Source: Methanotrichaceae archaeon
Lineage (GTDB): Archaea > Halobacteriota > Methanosarcinia > Methanotrichales > Methanotrichaceae
Direction of reading: 5' to 3'
DNA: 64,000 nt
Assembly: GCA_963813075.1 (NCBI GenBank)
Contig: CAWEXU010000004.1
Location: 288,001-352,000, forward strand
Of this stretch, positions 31,739 through 42,021 are shown one piece after another. How positions within the stretch are numbered: the stretch's first letter is position 1; each line of letters opens with the position of its first letter. The notes below the pieces were generated by a model, which was not told the DNA's origin, did no database searches, and saw nothing but the letters and a program-made list of their open reading frames with translations. The position numbers and the translations under genes were made by a program.

Positions 31739-32977
31739 TTAATGATTTAGCAAATCTTTAACCAATTCAGCGCTATGCCACGCCAGTCTTTTTTGCTCTT
31801 CCACCCTAATTTTAAGCTCCTCATGTATCCTATTCCTATTTTCCCATAAATCATCAAATTCTAATTTCATCTCGTCCAATGTAGCACTTTTATAGTTACA
31901 TACATATTTTTCTTGACCTACGCTCCGCATAATTCCATAGTATTTATGACTCCACGCGGTCGCAATTGTTGGAGTACATGTTGAGATTGCTGCTATATCT
32001 GCATGCATTCTTCCGCCGATAAAAATATCACAAAGCCCTATGATTCCTTTCAGCTCCACAGGAGAGTAATCACCTCTAATTAGATCGATATTGTCTTTCT
32101 TCATCGTCAATTTGTAAATTTTTTCTCCAATGATACGGTCATCACTCCTTCCCCCTTCCTTAATTGCTATAACATGTGGGACAAAAATCACATGTGCATT
32201 AGTTTTTTCAATTACATGATCAATAAACTGAGCCATCGTATTTGCATAGATATCATCCCTATCATCAAGCATAGCATTTGCTGATACTCCCACAAGTGGT
32301 CTTTTTTCGGCATCAATTCCTTCATCTAAAAGAATTTCATTCATTCTGTCACAATTTGCAGAATCTAATAGAAAAGCACAGTCTGACGTAAGACAAATTG
32401 GAGATTTAATTTCGATTTTTTTTAAATAATTTTCAGTTATCTCTTCCCTTACGATCACTAGATCAACATGGTCAAGGCAATATTTAGCAAAGGAGGTTAC
32501 TGCCCAATTAAATGGACCTATAGATTGTGAATATATCACAATTGGTTTTTTAAATGATAATCCCAACAATATTGATGCATCAATTCCAATGGAAAATCCA
32601 CCTTTGCCATCACTGAAAGAATCGCCACTAAGATCAATGATAGCATCTGCAGAGATGTATTCCTCAATTATCGGGTTATTAATGGACTTTGGATTCAATC
32701 CAATTTTAAATAAGCCTGCCAAGAGAGTGTCTATAAGTATGTGTGTAGATATATAATATAATGGTTGCCATTCAGTTAGCCTGGGAAACCATCTATTCTC
32801 TACCACTTTTATATCATAATTTTCGCATAATTTTGAGTCGAGTTCTGGTATCCGAGACATCAGCGTAATTTCTAAATCAGGAATCAATTCACGTAATGTT
32901 TGGCAAGTGCTGATAACTTGTGCTGCAGATCCTTTATTAAAGGAACAATTTGTATTTGTAAATAATATTTTCGTCAT
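31739..32977 (-). CDS. Polysaccharide pyruvyl transferase (WcaK-like)
   Basis: NKGSAA, SQSIGPF, IVREEIT, IGGRMHADIAA, AWSHKYYGIM. Confidence 0.9.
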   Translation of the reverse strand: MTKILFTNTNCSFNKGSAAQVISTCQTLRELIPDLEITLMSRIPELDSKLCENYDIKVVENRWFPRLTEWQPLYYISTHILIDTLLAGLFKIGLNPKSINNPIIEEYISADAIIDLSGDSFSDGKGGFSIGIDASILLGLSFKKPIVIYSQSIGPFNWAVTSFAKYCLDHVDLVIVREEITENYLKKIEIKSPICLTSDCAFLLDSANCDRMNEILLDEGIDAEKRPLVGVSANAMLDDRDDIYANTMAQFIDHVIEKTNAHVIFVPHVIAIKEGGRSDDRIIGEKIYKLTMKKDNIDLIRGDYSPVELKGIIGLCDIFIGGRMHADIAAISTCTPTIATAWSHKYYGIMRSVGQEKYVCNYKSATLDEMKLEFDDLWENRNRIHEELKIRVEEQKRLAWHSAELVKDLLNH

Positions 32978-33097
32978 TTCTAGCCTCTCAATAACACAAT
33001 TTAGGATTTCTTACGTGTATGTCTCGAATTTGCTGTAATTTCATGGCTGCCCTGCATCTTACCTCCATTTCTCTTCGTCCAAAGGATTTACTCTTTT

Positions 33098-33390
33098 GGC
33101 TCCTCGCTATTGAGGTTCAGGAATCTCCTCAATAATCTTCGATTCAATTCGGAAAGGGGCGCCAAGCTCTGCTCCGCAATCAGGACATAGATCCACGGTT
33201 TGACCTCTACGTGACTATCTCGCGTAGCATAAGGTCTGATTAGCCTTTATGTCCTTTCTTTTGACAGGAAATTTCTTGTTGTCCTTATCCTTTTTGAGAT
33301 TGAGGCCACGTCTTAGACTTGTGGAGTATGTGCATTCTCATATTGGGCTAGTCGGGCTTCAAGCTCTATTATTTTGCCTTGAGCAGGCTC
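33098..33390 (-). mobile_element. ISL3 end stub (GGCTCCTCGCTAT) abutting a degenerate inverted IS66 5' fragment
   Basis: Reverse complement matches 20940-21210 (CPDCGAELGAPFRIESKIIEEIPEPQ). Confidence 0.75.
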
Positions 33391-33480
33391 AATCTAGATT
33401 TCCAGTGATTTAAGTGAAGGCTGGATATATCCGCCCAAAAACATTTTATTTTCAAGCAATATCTCCTATGAGAACCTCCA

Positions 33481-34100
33481 ATGACTCAGATACTATTTAA
33501 CCTAATGAACTTTCCGTTCGCCGAACAACTGACTGCTCTTTTCGATAGGTACTCTGATGACTATGAGCATACTTTCGAAGGAATATTTTGTTTGACTACT
33601 CCGCCACAATGCACAGAATGTGGTACTTTAATAGACCAAAATGGCTGGAACTTCTACACCAAAAGATGGCTTGGAATAGTCAAAATTGGCAAGTACTCCT
33701 GTTCTAAATGTCAAAATAAAGTGACAAAAACATGAGATTTCTAGGAAAATGCAAAAAGAGAAATTTTTGGAATATTCGCCATTTTTTTGCTCTTCAGGGT
33801 CAACCATGTCTTACAAAATCCCAGAGAAAGCTTCTGGCTATTTCTATACCTGCGATAAAGATACTATTCGCACAAGGATTGCAGCCGCGACAGACAAGAT
33901 GGAGATTCCCTAAATCAAACATATCCAGATTGTTCACTATCACGAACAGCATCCAAAGGCAGGAATATGCCAAATGTATCGGCTGACTCTTCTTGATCAT
34001 ATATTAAAACAACTTATCGCGGACGAGTTGTTGGACTCAAAGGATATGAAAAAAGTAGAGGATTTTCTTCGAAGAAACTCGATACAAATAGGCCGATATT
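33481..34100 (+). pseudogene. Degenerate transposase remnant, family uncertain
   Basis: Broken ORFs with a CxxC Zn finger, HYHEQHPK and YRLTLLD..IADEL segments. Confidence 0.5.
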
Positions 34101-34182
34101 TATTACATCGGGAGCGCGGTGGGTCACGAATACCCAGACCTTTAGGTTGGGTATTAGGTGAACCCTCGCATTTATTTCTGCC

Positions 34183-35486
34183 GGTTCTTCGCTATTTCAA
34201 GTGGGTAGATTGAACTGCAATTTTCCAAGTCTCAGATATATAATTAATATGAGATTTTTAGTTGTTCTGAACCCTCTTGCACTGCTCTTTGCGGATTGAA
34301 CCATGCTATTTATTCCTTCCAGCACGCCGTTGGATATTTTAGTTTCTGCATAATTTATTACGCCAGTCCAATGTGACTTAATGGTTTTAGCAACATTAAT
34401 GATAGGTTCTATTTGGCTGTGTGTTGCCCAATAATACCATTTCTTGAGGAAATCTTCAGCGAGGATCTTATCATTAAAAGTCCAAAAGTCTTTCAAACTA
34501 AGTTTGAAATTGTATGCTTTAGATGTCATCAAATTCATGTCTTTGAGAGATCCCAGCTTTTCTTTTTCAGCCAAAGAAAGGTCACTTGGGTTCTTTAGCC
34601 ACATATAGCGAGTACTTTTTAATTCTGCATTCTGGTGCTGCTCCTCGCGACGCACTTGATCTACTGCTTCATTGACCATCTTCATAACATGGAATTTATC
34701 AAAAGTAAGAGACGATCCTGGAAATTGTTCCGTTATACCTGATATGAATGCAGGAGACATGTCCGAACAGAACATCTCAATATTTTCTGATGCTCCATCA
34801 TGAGCCTCAAGGTCTTTTTTGAATGGGCTGATGACGCTTGCGTCCTTGCCCTCGCATACGTAAAGAACTTTATTATCTTCTAGATCAACGAATAGAGATA
34901 CATATTTATGGAATTTGGCACATGATGTTTCATCTACGCCCAATATTTTTACTTGAGAATGATCTTCATTAGATCTAGCTTCAGGAATATAATACGACAA
35001 AACCCTCCAGATCCGCGTATCATGTTCATCTAATATTTCAGCTACGTCATTAACTGGCATGTTCTGGGCAAAAAGCAGTATCAAGGCATCCATTAGCAAT
35101 GTAAAACCGGTACTCTTCCTAGCCCATGGAACATCAATCAATCTGATCGAACCACATTTCTGGCAGACTGTGCGTGGCACTCTGGCATGGATAAATGCCT
35201 TAAATTGGAAAAAATTGAGATGCCGCCATACTTTATCCTTTGTATCGTGAATACAATTATCCTGAGTTTTGCAATTCGAGCATTCGAATCTGCTTCCTGG
35301 GATAAAATCAATATGAATATCAAGTTGCTTTTTAGCAGCGCTGAATTCTATAGACTTGATATACCACGGATCTTGTAGATTCAATGCAAGCTTGAAGAGG
35401 TCTTCTTGAGATAGAGCCACAGATAATAATTCAAGAAATGATATTATTAAACCTTACCCCATACCCACTCAGAACAGCGAGGAACC
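34183..35486 (-). mobile_element. Complete ISL3-family element (1304 bp), copy 2
   Basis: Near-identical inverted copy of 11826-13129; target duplication TTTCTGCC at 34175-34182 and 35487-35494. Confidence 0.95.
34197..35420 (-). CDS. ISL3-family transposase
   Basis: 407 aa; two visible substitutions versus copy 1 (M>L, S>P). Confidence 0.95.
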   Translation of the reverse strand: MALSQEDLFKLALNLQDPWYIKSIEFSAAKKQLDIHIDFIPGSRFECSNCKTQDNCIHDTKDKVWRHLNFFQFKAFIHARVPRTVCQKCGSIRLIDVPWARKSTGFTLLMDALILLFAQNMPVNDVAEILDEHDTRIWRVLSYYIPEARSNEDHSQVKILGVDETSCAKFHKYVSLFVDLEDNKVLYVCEGKDASVISPFKKDLEAHDGASENIEMFCSDMSPAFISGITEQFPGSSLTFDKFHVMKMVNEAVDQVRREEQHQNAELKSTRYMWLKNPSDLSLAEKEKLGSLKDMNLMTSKAYNFKLSLKDFWTFNDKILAEDFLKKWYYWATHSQIEPIINVAKTIKSHWTGVINYAETKISNGVLEGINSMVQSAKSSARGFRTTKNLILIIYLRLGKLQFNLPT

Positions 35487-35898
35487 TTTCTGCCCTTAAT
35501 TCTGCATATTAGGAATCTCGTGGGAAACCGAAAGCTGAGTTCCAATCATATGGATCAAGGGATCTGGGCAAAGAAGACTGGACAATTTCTGGATTCCATA
35601 AAACCTGGCGTGAGGGCATGCGGCCCGAAGCATACTCCATCCTTTAGGGTTGGGTGGCCGCACGCAGTTTGATATGAATCAAAGGACTTAGGGGGCAAGC
35701 TCGTTTAGAAGAAAGACTATGAAACTGGGAGGAAGACATCGGATGAGAATATGGTACGGTTAAAAATTATTTTATATGAAGTATATCTTGCATGGTACTA
35801 TTCTATAGAACCACGCAAAAACTTAACAATATCAAAGACTCTTGAGTAAATTATTTTCCGTCAATCTTAAATACGTACCAATGATTTAATAGTTATTA

Positions 35899-38091
35899 GT
35901 GGCGCAAGGAAATAAGATGAGATTTGAAATTAGTGAAAAGAAGTTAGCAGTTTTTTTTATTATATTTATATTATTTACGGATTTTTTCATAGTATGGAAT
36001 ATCTTTTACGTGAGGCAAATTTTTGGCTTTTTATTTTTAACTATTTTTCCTGGAACCCTTATTTGCCTAATTCTACAGGTTAAGAAAATATCTTTATTAG
36101 ATAGGATTCTTCTTTCGTGGGGGCTAAGCATTTCCTTTATAATGCTATCCTTTTTATTATTGAATACATTTTTTTTTATGATGAATTTTGATAGACCTTT
36201 ATCTAAAAAATATATATTGATTTTTTTAAATCTAACTTATTTTATTTTTTTAATAGTATATTATATTAGGGGCGAAAAAATTGCTTTCACTATATCATCC
36301 GATTTTTACTTAAAGAAAATCGAAATGGTATGTCTCATTCTTTCGTCTCTATTCCCACTTCTAAGCATATATGGTCTCTATCTAATTAATTATGAAAACC
36401 AAAATTATATAATTTTAATGCTATTATTTTTAATTAGTCTAGATACTATCTTGGTTAGTATACTTTTCAGAGAACATTTTAATAATGCTTACATATTCAC
36501 CATTAGCTCAATCAGCATATCATTATTATTATTATTATCGCTAAGATCAAATTATATTATAGGTAATGATGTAAATTTTGAGTTCAATATCTTTTCTCAA
36601 ACTTTGGAAAATATGAGATGGCAAGTTTTAGGCAATACTTCGTTAAGTGCTTGTTTGAGTATTTCGATTCTACCCACGATATATTATCATATTCTAGGTA
36701 TCTCTACATTCTATTTGTTTAAGATTCTTTACTCTTTGCTCTATATGGTATCACCACTAATCATATATTCTCTTTCTAAAAAATACATGCCTAATTCATA
36801 CGCATTTCTTGCTTCTTGTTTCTTTATGTTCCAGCCAGCTTTCCTTTGGACTGAATATAATGCTAGAACAAATCTTGCTGTCTTGTTCTTTGCCTTGATC
36901 TTCATGACACTTTTTTCCAGAGAAATTGATCTGCCTAAAAGGGGATTTATTTTTCTTAACTTGTCTATAGCGTGTATATTTTCTCATTATACAACAGCAT
37001 ATATTTTATTATTCTATTCAGTAGTCTTTTCATCGGTTATAAAATTTATCCCTAAAATGATTGGTATAAATTCAAAAATAAAAATAAGTCCTAAAAAGTC
37101 TTTTTTACTTTTTGTAATAATTTTTGTTTGGTATTCTCAAATTAACGAACATCCTTTTAACTCAGGTGTGGTATTCATATATGACACAATCACTTCTTTA
37201 GCCAGATTACTCATATTTGAAAATCGTGGGAGACCAGCTCAGGCACTTTTAGGAGAAGGATTTACAAGAGGTTATCCCTTTATTATTCAATTTGCATCTA
37301 CGTGGTCTACTTTTATACTCATCGCGGTTGGACTTATATTTTCAATATATAAATATATGCGAAACTCTCTTTCTAGATTGAATATCGGATCAAATAATGG
37401 CGAATTTAAAGCGCATTTCGAAATTTTAGACTTTGATTATTTGCTATTTGGGATATTCAGCGCAACCCTTTGTTTGTTAATGATTGTAGTTCCGATATTA
37501 TCAACTGGATACGGCATAGAGAGGGCATATTCAGCGTTTCTCGTTTTCCTATCTCCATTTTTTATAATAGGGGGGGTGGTTGTTGGCTCTTTTCTTAATT
37601 CTCATATTCGATTAAATCGAAACATAAATTCAAAAATTTTTAAAATTATTTCTGCAGATCGTTTAGTCATATTTATATTATTAATAATATATTTTTTAAG
37701 TATTACTGGTGCAATTCATGAAATATTTAATGTTCATTACCAGATAACATTAAGCTCTGAGGGGAAATTGTATGATGATTTATATGTACATGATCAGGAA
37801 ATTAACTCGGGTTTATGGCTAAAAAACACAATCAATAAAGGAGATCTAATTTTTGTGGACGATAATTTCAGGCTTGTAGCTCTGGGATTGGAAACGACGT
37901 ATAATAGAGAAATTTTCGAAGGTACTTCAGTTCGAAATGGATATATATATTTAAGATATACAAATGTTTTAAAGAACAAATTTTTACGGAATGGAGGAAT
38001 ATCACAAGAGATAAATTATCAGACATTATTTTATAAAGCCGATAAAATTTATGATAATTCTGGTAGTGAGATATTTCAAGTTCAAGAATAA
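35899..38091 (+). CDS. DUF2206-like polytopic membrane protein (putative GT-C/polymerase)
   Basis: SLRSNYIIGNDVNFE, SACLSISILPT, FSHYTTAY, YVHDQEINSGLWL, DKIYDNSGSEIF. Confidence 0.75.
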   Translation: MAQGNKMRFEISEKKLAVFFIIFILFTDFFIVWNIFYVRQIFGFLFLTIFPGTLICLILQVKKISLLDRILLSWGLSISFIMLSFLLLNTFFFMMNFDRPLSKKYILIFLNLTYFIFLIVYYIRGEKIAFTISSDFYLKKIEMVCLILSSLFPLLSIYGLYLINYENQNYIILMLLFLISLDTILVSILFREHFNNAYIFTISSISISLLLLLSLRSNYIIGNDVNFEFNIFSQTLENMRWQVLGNTSLSACLSISILPTIYYHILGISTFYLFKILYSLLYMVSPLIIYSLSKKYMPNSYAFLASCFFMFQPAFLWTEYNARTNLAVLFFALIFMTLFSREIDLPKRGFIFLNLSIACIFSHYTTAYILLFYSVVFSSVIKFIPKMIGINSKIKISPKKSFLLFVIIFVWYSQINEHPFNSGVVFIYDTITSLARLLIFENRGRPAQALLGEGFTRGYPFIIQFASTWSTFILIAVGLIFSIYKYMRNSLSRLNIGSNNGEFKAHFEILDFDYLLFGIFSATLCLLMIVVPILSTGYGIERAYSAFLVFLSPFFIIGGVVVGSFLNSHIRLNRNINSKIFKIISADRLVIFILLIIYFLSITGAIHEIFNVHYQITLSSEGKLYDDLYVHDQEINSGLWLKNTINKGDLIFVDDNFRLVALGLETTYNREIFEGTSVRNGYIYLRYTNVLKNKFLRNGGISQEINYQTLFYKADKIYDNSGSEIFQVQE

Positions 38092-38280
38092 AAGTACGGT
38101 AGCGTGCCCTAATTGCTGTAAATTTGCAGTGGCCCTTTATCCGTGTTTTCGCCGACTCAATTTTGACCCCCAAAGAAGGAAAGCCTTCTCTCTCCAAGTA
38201 TTCCAAGGGGTGGGCAGTAAGGTGAAAAGAAACTAATATATCTTATGATTTACGACGCTTTAATAGGACGCGACACTAGT

Positions 38281-41200
38281 TCACACTTCAGCGGACCACA
38301 TGCAAGCCTTGCCGCTTGTCGCAGTCACATGGATATTAGTAGCATCGGCCCATACGTTGATGACAGTAACACCAGTTGAGCGTGGCACCACAGATACCTT
38401 GGTCGGAGCTTCCGCCAGATGGTGCGCTATGACCTGATCGGAGCCGGTGCCATTGAACGATCCCGAATTAGAATAGTACGCAATCTTATGGCCTGCATCC
38501 GTTATCTTTGTGCCAACGCTGTCGAAAACCAGACTCTTTTTATCAATAATTATAGATCCAGCCACGATTGCAGCATTATTTCGGGCAATGAATCCATAAT
38601 CACAGTTTCTAATTATCAAATTTTTAAATAGTATGTCGCCGCTTAGACCTGCTGACTGCCAAGATTCGACACCGATTAAACATCCATTGATACACCCACT
38701 TATAACGGATGCGCTATTAGATCCTCCGACTAATAACATAGTCCCATCAATCGCATCCGGTACATAAGCATCCAAGATGATGTTAGTTCTTGCAATATCT
38801 TTCACCTGGACGTAGTACTGCGGGCCGGTTGCACTGGCACGGACCAGTTTGATTTTTACGTCACAGTCTTTATATTTTTCCACATTGACGCAATAACCAT
38901 TGGCACATGCGGAGTTAATGTCGGTAATGTCTATCTTGGAATCAAAAACCATGTCCGTGGTTGCGTCGAAATACCTGCTGAGAGCTTCGCTGGTGGCTTC
39001 TTCAATTGTTGCTTTCAAGTCCATATTAGATATGTTTCCGCCGAACTGGAGATGGCTATCATTGCGCGAGAACAAACGAACTTTAACATTTTTTGCGTTA
39101 TAAATGTAATTCCCGCCAATGTTATTTTCTGTTACCGCGTCAATGGATATCAGTTCTCCTGTTAATGACCCGTATGCCCAAAATCCAAACTTTTTATTAC
39201 CAGACGCATGGCACCCCACCAGTTCACAACCATCTCCGACAAAGAACCCAGATCCATAGACGGGTGCAGTACTTTGGCCGTTGTTATTGGAAGTACACGC
39301 CACAAACTTTATATTTGCTTTCTCGGGCGCGGTTTCTGCATGGAAACCAGATTCCCAACAACCTTCCGCATGACAACCTATGAGCGTTATATTACTAACT
39401 AGTGTTTGACCTTCGACTAGACAAAACCCTGTTGCCCACGAAGGATTGCGATTCTGGGCATATCTGCCACAATCAATTGCTTTACAATTAATATAAACTT
39501 GATTTGTTATAATTTCATTGCTTTCTGCTGCCATCCAATCCCGATCATTGCCAAATCCACTTAAGCTGGTGTTTTTAGCTATGCAATTAATGAACTCGTG
39601 CCCCTGCAAAGTCGTGTTCTGTGCACAAAAGACAGTAAAGACGGCCTCATCTGCATAGTCGTTTGGGACATACAAACCATGTCTTATTGTATGTCCTGTA
39701 ACATTTTCGCAGCGGGTGAAATTCGCTGTTATCCAAACCATACCCTTTCCGGTAAAACTCAAATCTCTGAGTTGTGCATAGTCTCCAGACATTGAGATAT
39801 GATGGTTTGCTGTTATGAAATTGATGGTTGTAGTATTTCGGTTGTCACCTATCAGATTTGTATTTGCTCCAATGGTGATATTGGAATTGCCTCGATATGT
39901 TCCTGCATTTAGTCGAACTGTACCACCGAGGGCAAGCGCGCGATTGATTACGGCAAAGTCGTCCGTGCCAGCAGTACCATTTGATATTGTATTACCTTCT
40001 GCATCCTCAGCAATCACCAAGTTGCCAGCCATATATATTATGGCAGAAAACGCCCCTATAGTTGGTTTTGGCATATCGTATTGAACAGCTAATACTCCCA
40101 TTGGCAAACCTCCGTTATTTGATATCCCATATATACATCCAAAACTATTTGAGTCTGTTGGTGAGTAGGGAGAAAAAACATCGCATTGACCAACAATAAA
40201 CCTGGACATAAACCCGGGTGGTGGAGCTGATGAGTAGAAATAGGCCATTTCGGAGAGATACTCGAGAAACATCTCAAGAGAAAGTCCGTTGCTCGTTTTT
40301 ATTCTGAGGTTTGACCGGCCAATAGAATGCAGAGCTAGATCATGAGAGACGTTCTTGACTATCTCTTCGTAGGTCAAGACAGGCTCAGTTTTATTTGTGC
40401 CCTGCTGTTCACTGGCTATCAGCAAAGCGTCACCGGAATTATAAGGGAATTTCATACGATCTGGTTCATAGGTGCCATTCCTTGCCTTGAAACCCTCTAA
40501 GTGCCTTTCTCCGTGGTCTACAAGCCTATCCTCAATGGAGAGCTTCTTTCCATGAGCTATGATCGGTGTGTCCTCGGGATACACTACTCCTGCATGGCGC
40601 ATTGCGCCCATCCATGAGTTGCCTTGGGGATCCCAGTAACATTGATAGCCATAGGAGTTGAAATCCCAGAACAATACCAAATAGCATCCTCGCTGGATCT
40701 GTGAGCCATTTATCATTTTTCCGTTAACATCTGGCCCGCTTGAGGTTATTGGCGGAGAATACAGACATGAGGTGTTTTGATTCCAGGATCGCGATCCTAA
40801 GCCATCTCCATTTAAGTTATCCCAGTTTTGGCAAGATTTAAAGCCCAAATATGTGTACGCGCTTCGTTCCGACTTAAGACAGAAGTCCAACATCAGTCTG
40901 TATATTCCTGGTGGCAGGTCTTTAGGTAAATCGAAAGCACAAGAGATCGTCCCATTATGCCACTCAGATGTATTGTCTTCATTATCAAAGGCTGAGATCG
41001 GTGTTTCAAGCATGATATCCAAAGGAGTTCTTTGAGTACTACCTGTAAAACGAGATAGAAGGGTCATCCCACCACCTTCTATTGGAAGTCCTGTGGGTGT
41101 AAGCGATGTCAATACTACATAATCCCGTGGTGCATGCTGGTATCCCTTCGAGTCAAAGTCCCGTTCTCCAGTTATTAAAATGCAAAATTTATCAATATCT

Positions 41201-41514
41201 GGATATTTTTTCTTAAGACCGCTTACCATATTTTTCTGGAAAGTTAGTGTAATATTGGCTCTGACTCTAGTGCCAGGGTTCCAGGAGGTGGGATGATAAT
41301 CCACATGAGTCTTCCATTTTCCAAGCGTTGCATTTGCAGTGACATTGAAGTTGCCCTCCAATAGATAATCTGAATTGTCGAGTGAATACTGAGGAGAAGA
41401 ATTCCAGTCTACCGTTGGCTCGACCACACTTTGGTTCACCAAGGGACCGGGTGCTGAGGTAGCGATGATGGTGCCTTCCGAATTCGTGCAATTTACCAAC
41501 ATCGCGAGAATCAA
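38281..41514 (-). CDS. Large, apparently chimeric protein: secreted-type N-half fused to a parallel beta-helix (pectate-lyase/tailspike-like) C-half; internal ATG at 40074
   Basis: 1077-aa open frame; DDFAVINRALALGGTVRLNAGTY beta-helix cap followed by Asn/Cys-ladder repeats. Confidence 0.65.
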   Translation of the reverse strand: MILAMLVNCTNSEGTIIATSAPGPLVNQSVVEPTVDWNSSPQYSLDNSDYLLEGNFNVTANATLGKWKTHVDYHPTSWNPGTRVRANITLTFQKNMVSGLKKKYPDIDKFCILITGERDFDSKGYQHAPRDYVVLTSLTPTGLPIEGGGMTLLSRFTGSTQRTPLDIMLETPISAFDNEDNTSEWHNGTISCAFDLPKDLPPGIYRLMLDFCLKSERSAYTYLGFKSCQNWDNLNGDGLGSRSWNQNTSCLYSPPITSSGPDVNGKMINGSQIQRGCYLVLFWDFNSYGYQCYWDPQGNSWMGAMRHAGVVYPEDTPIIAHGKKLSIEDRLVDHGERHLEGFKARNGTYEPDRMKFPYNSGDALLIASEQQGTNKTEPVLTYEEIVKNVSHDLALHSIGRSNLRIKTSNGLSLEMFLEYLSEMAYFYSSAPPPGFMSRFIVGQCDVFSPYSPTDSNSFGCIYGISNNGGLPMGVLAVQYDMPKPTIGAFSAIIYMAGNLVIAEDAEGNTISNGTAGTDDFAVINRALALGGTVRLNAGTYRGNSNITIGANTNLIGDNRNTTTINFITANHHISMSGDYAQLRDLSFTGKGMVWITANFTRCENVTGHTIRHGLYVPNDYADEAVFTVFCAQNTTLQGHEFINCIAKNTSLSGFGNDRDWMAAESNEIITNQVYINCKAIDCGRYAQNRNPSWATGFCLVEGQTLVSNITLIGCHAEGCWESGFHAETAPEKANIKFVACTSNNNGQSTAPVYGSGFFVGDGCELVGCHASGNKKFGFWAYGSLTGELISIDAVTENNIGGNYIYNAKNVKVRLFSRNDSHLQFGGNISNMDLKATIEEATSEALSRYFDATTDMVFDSKIDITDINSACANGYCVNVEKYKDCDVKIKLVRASATGPQYYVQVKDIARTNIILDAYVPDAIDGTMLLVGGSNSASVISGCINGCLIGVESWQSAGLSGDILFKNLIIRNCDYGFIARNNAAIVAGSIIIDKKSLVFDSVGTKITDAGHKIAYYSNSGSFNGTGSDQVIAHHLAEAPTKVSVVPRSTGVTVINVWADATNIHVTATSGKACMWSAEV

Positions 41515-42021
41515 TAGAATTAAAACGCCGATATCGAGATGGATTCTCCTGGCGTTTAAATCAAACCTGCATTCTTTATCTCTTGCCGAGTGAAAAGTGC
41601 CTTTCAGAAAAAACCAACCTCTTGCATGCTTGACTTGTGACTATAGTGCAGCACCTAATGGTTGAAACTAATAATCCACATGCATTGGCGTCATAATATG
41701 GCGAATAAGTATCTGTCTTTGGGTTCCTGACTATATTTGCTACATTTGATCGATTTTAAGCCGCAAATCATATTCCTTTTTGTAATGCACCCCGTTTATC
41801 TTATCGTCTCCTTTTTTGTGATTAAAAGCTTACCGGCTTAGAAGATCAAAATTAAAAATGCTTGATGAGATTCATTTGGGCAAAAGGATAGAATTATTCA
41901 GAAATTAAATCAAATAAAAATTTTGAGAAAAATATTTCACTGGTCGTGATCCTACTCAAGTAATTTTATATTGAATCTGCTGAGGATTGAACAGCCTCCA
42001 TTATGGCCGTCCCATTGTCAA

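Larger units (their letters stand above)
34110..35673 (+). mobile_element. Non-autonomous IS200-derived miniature element interrupted by ISL3 copy 2
   Basis: 34110-34175 matches the IS200 left end; 35520-35673 matches the tnpA tail and right end. Confidence 0.8.
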
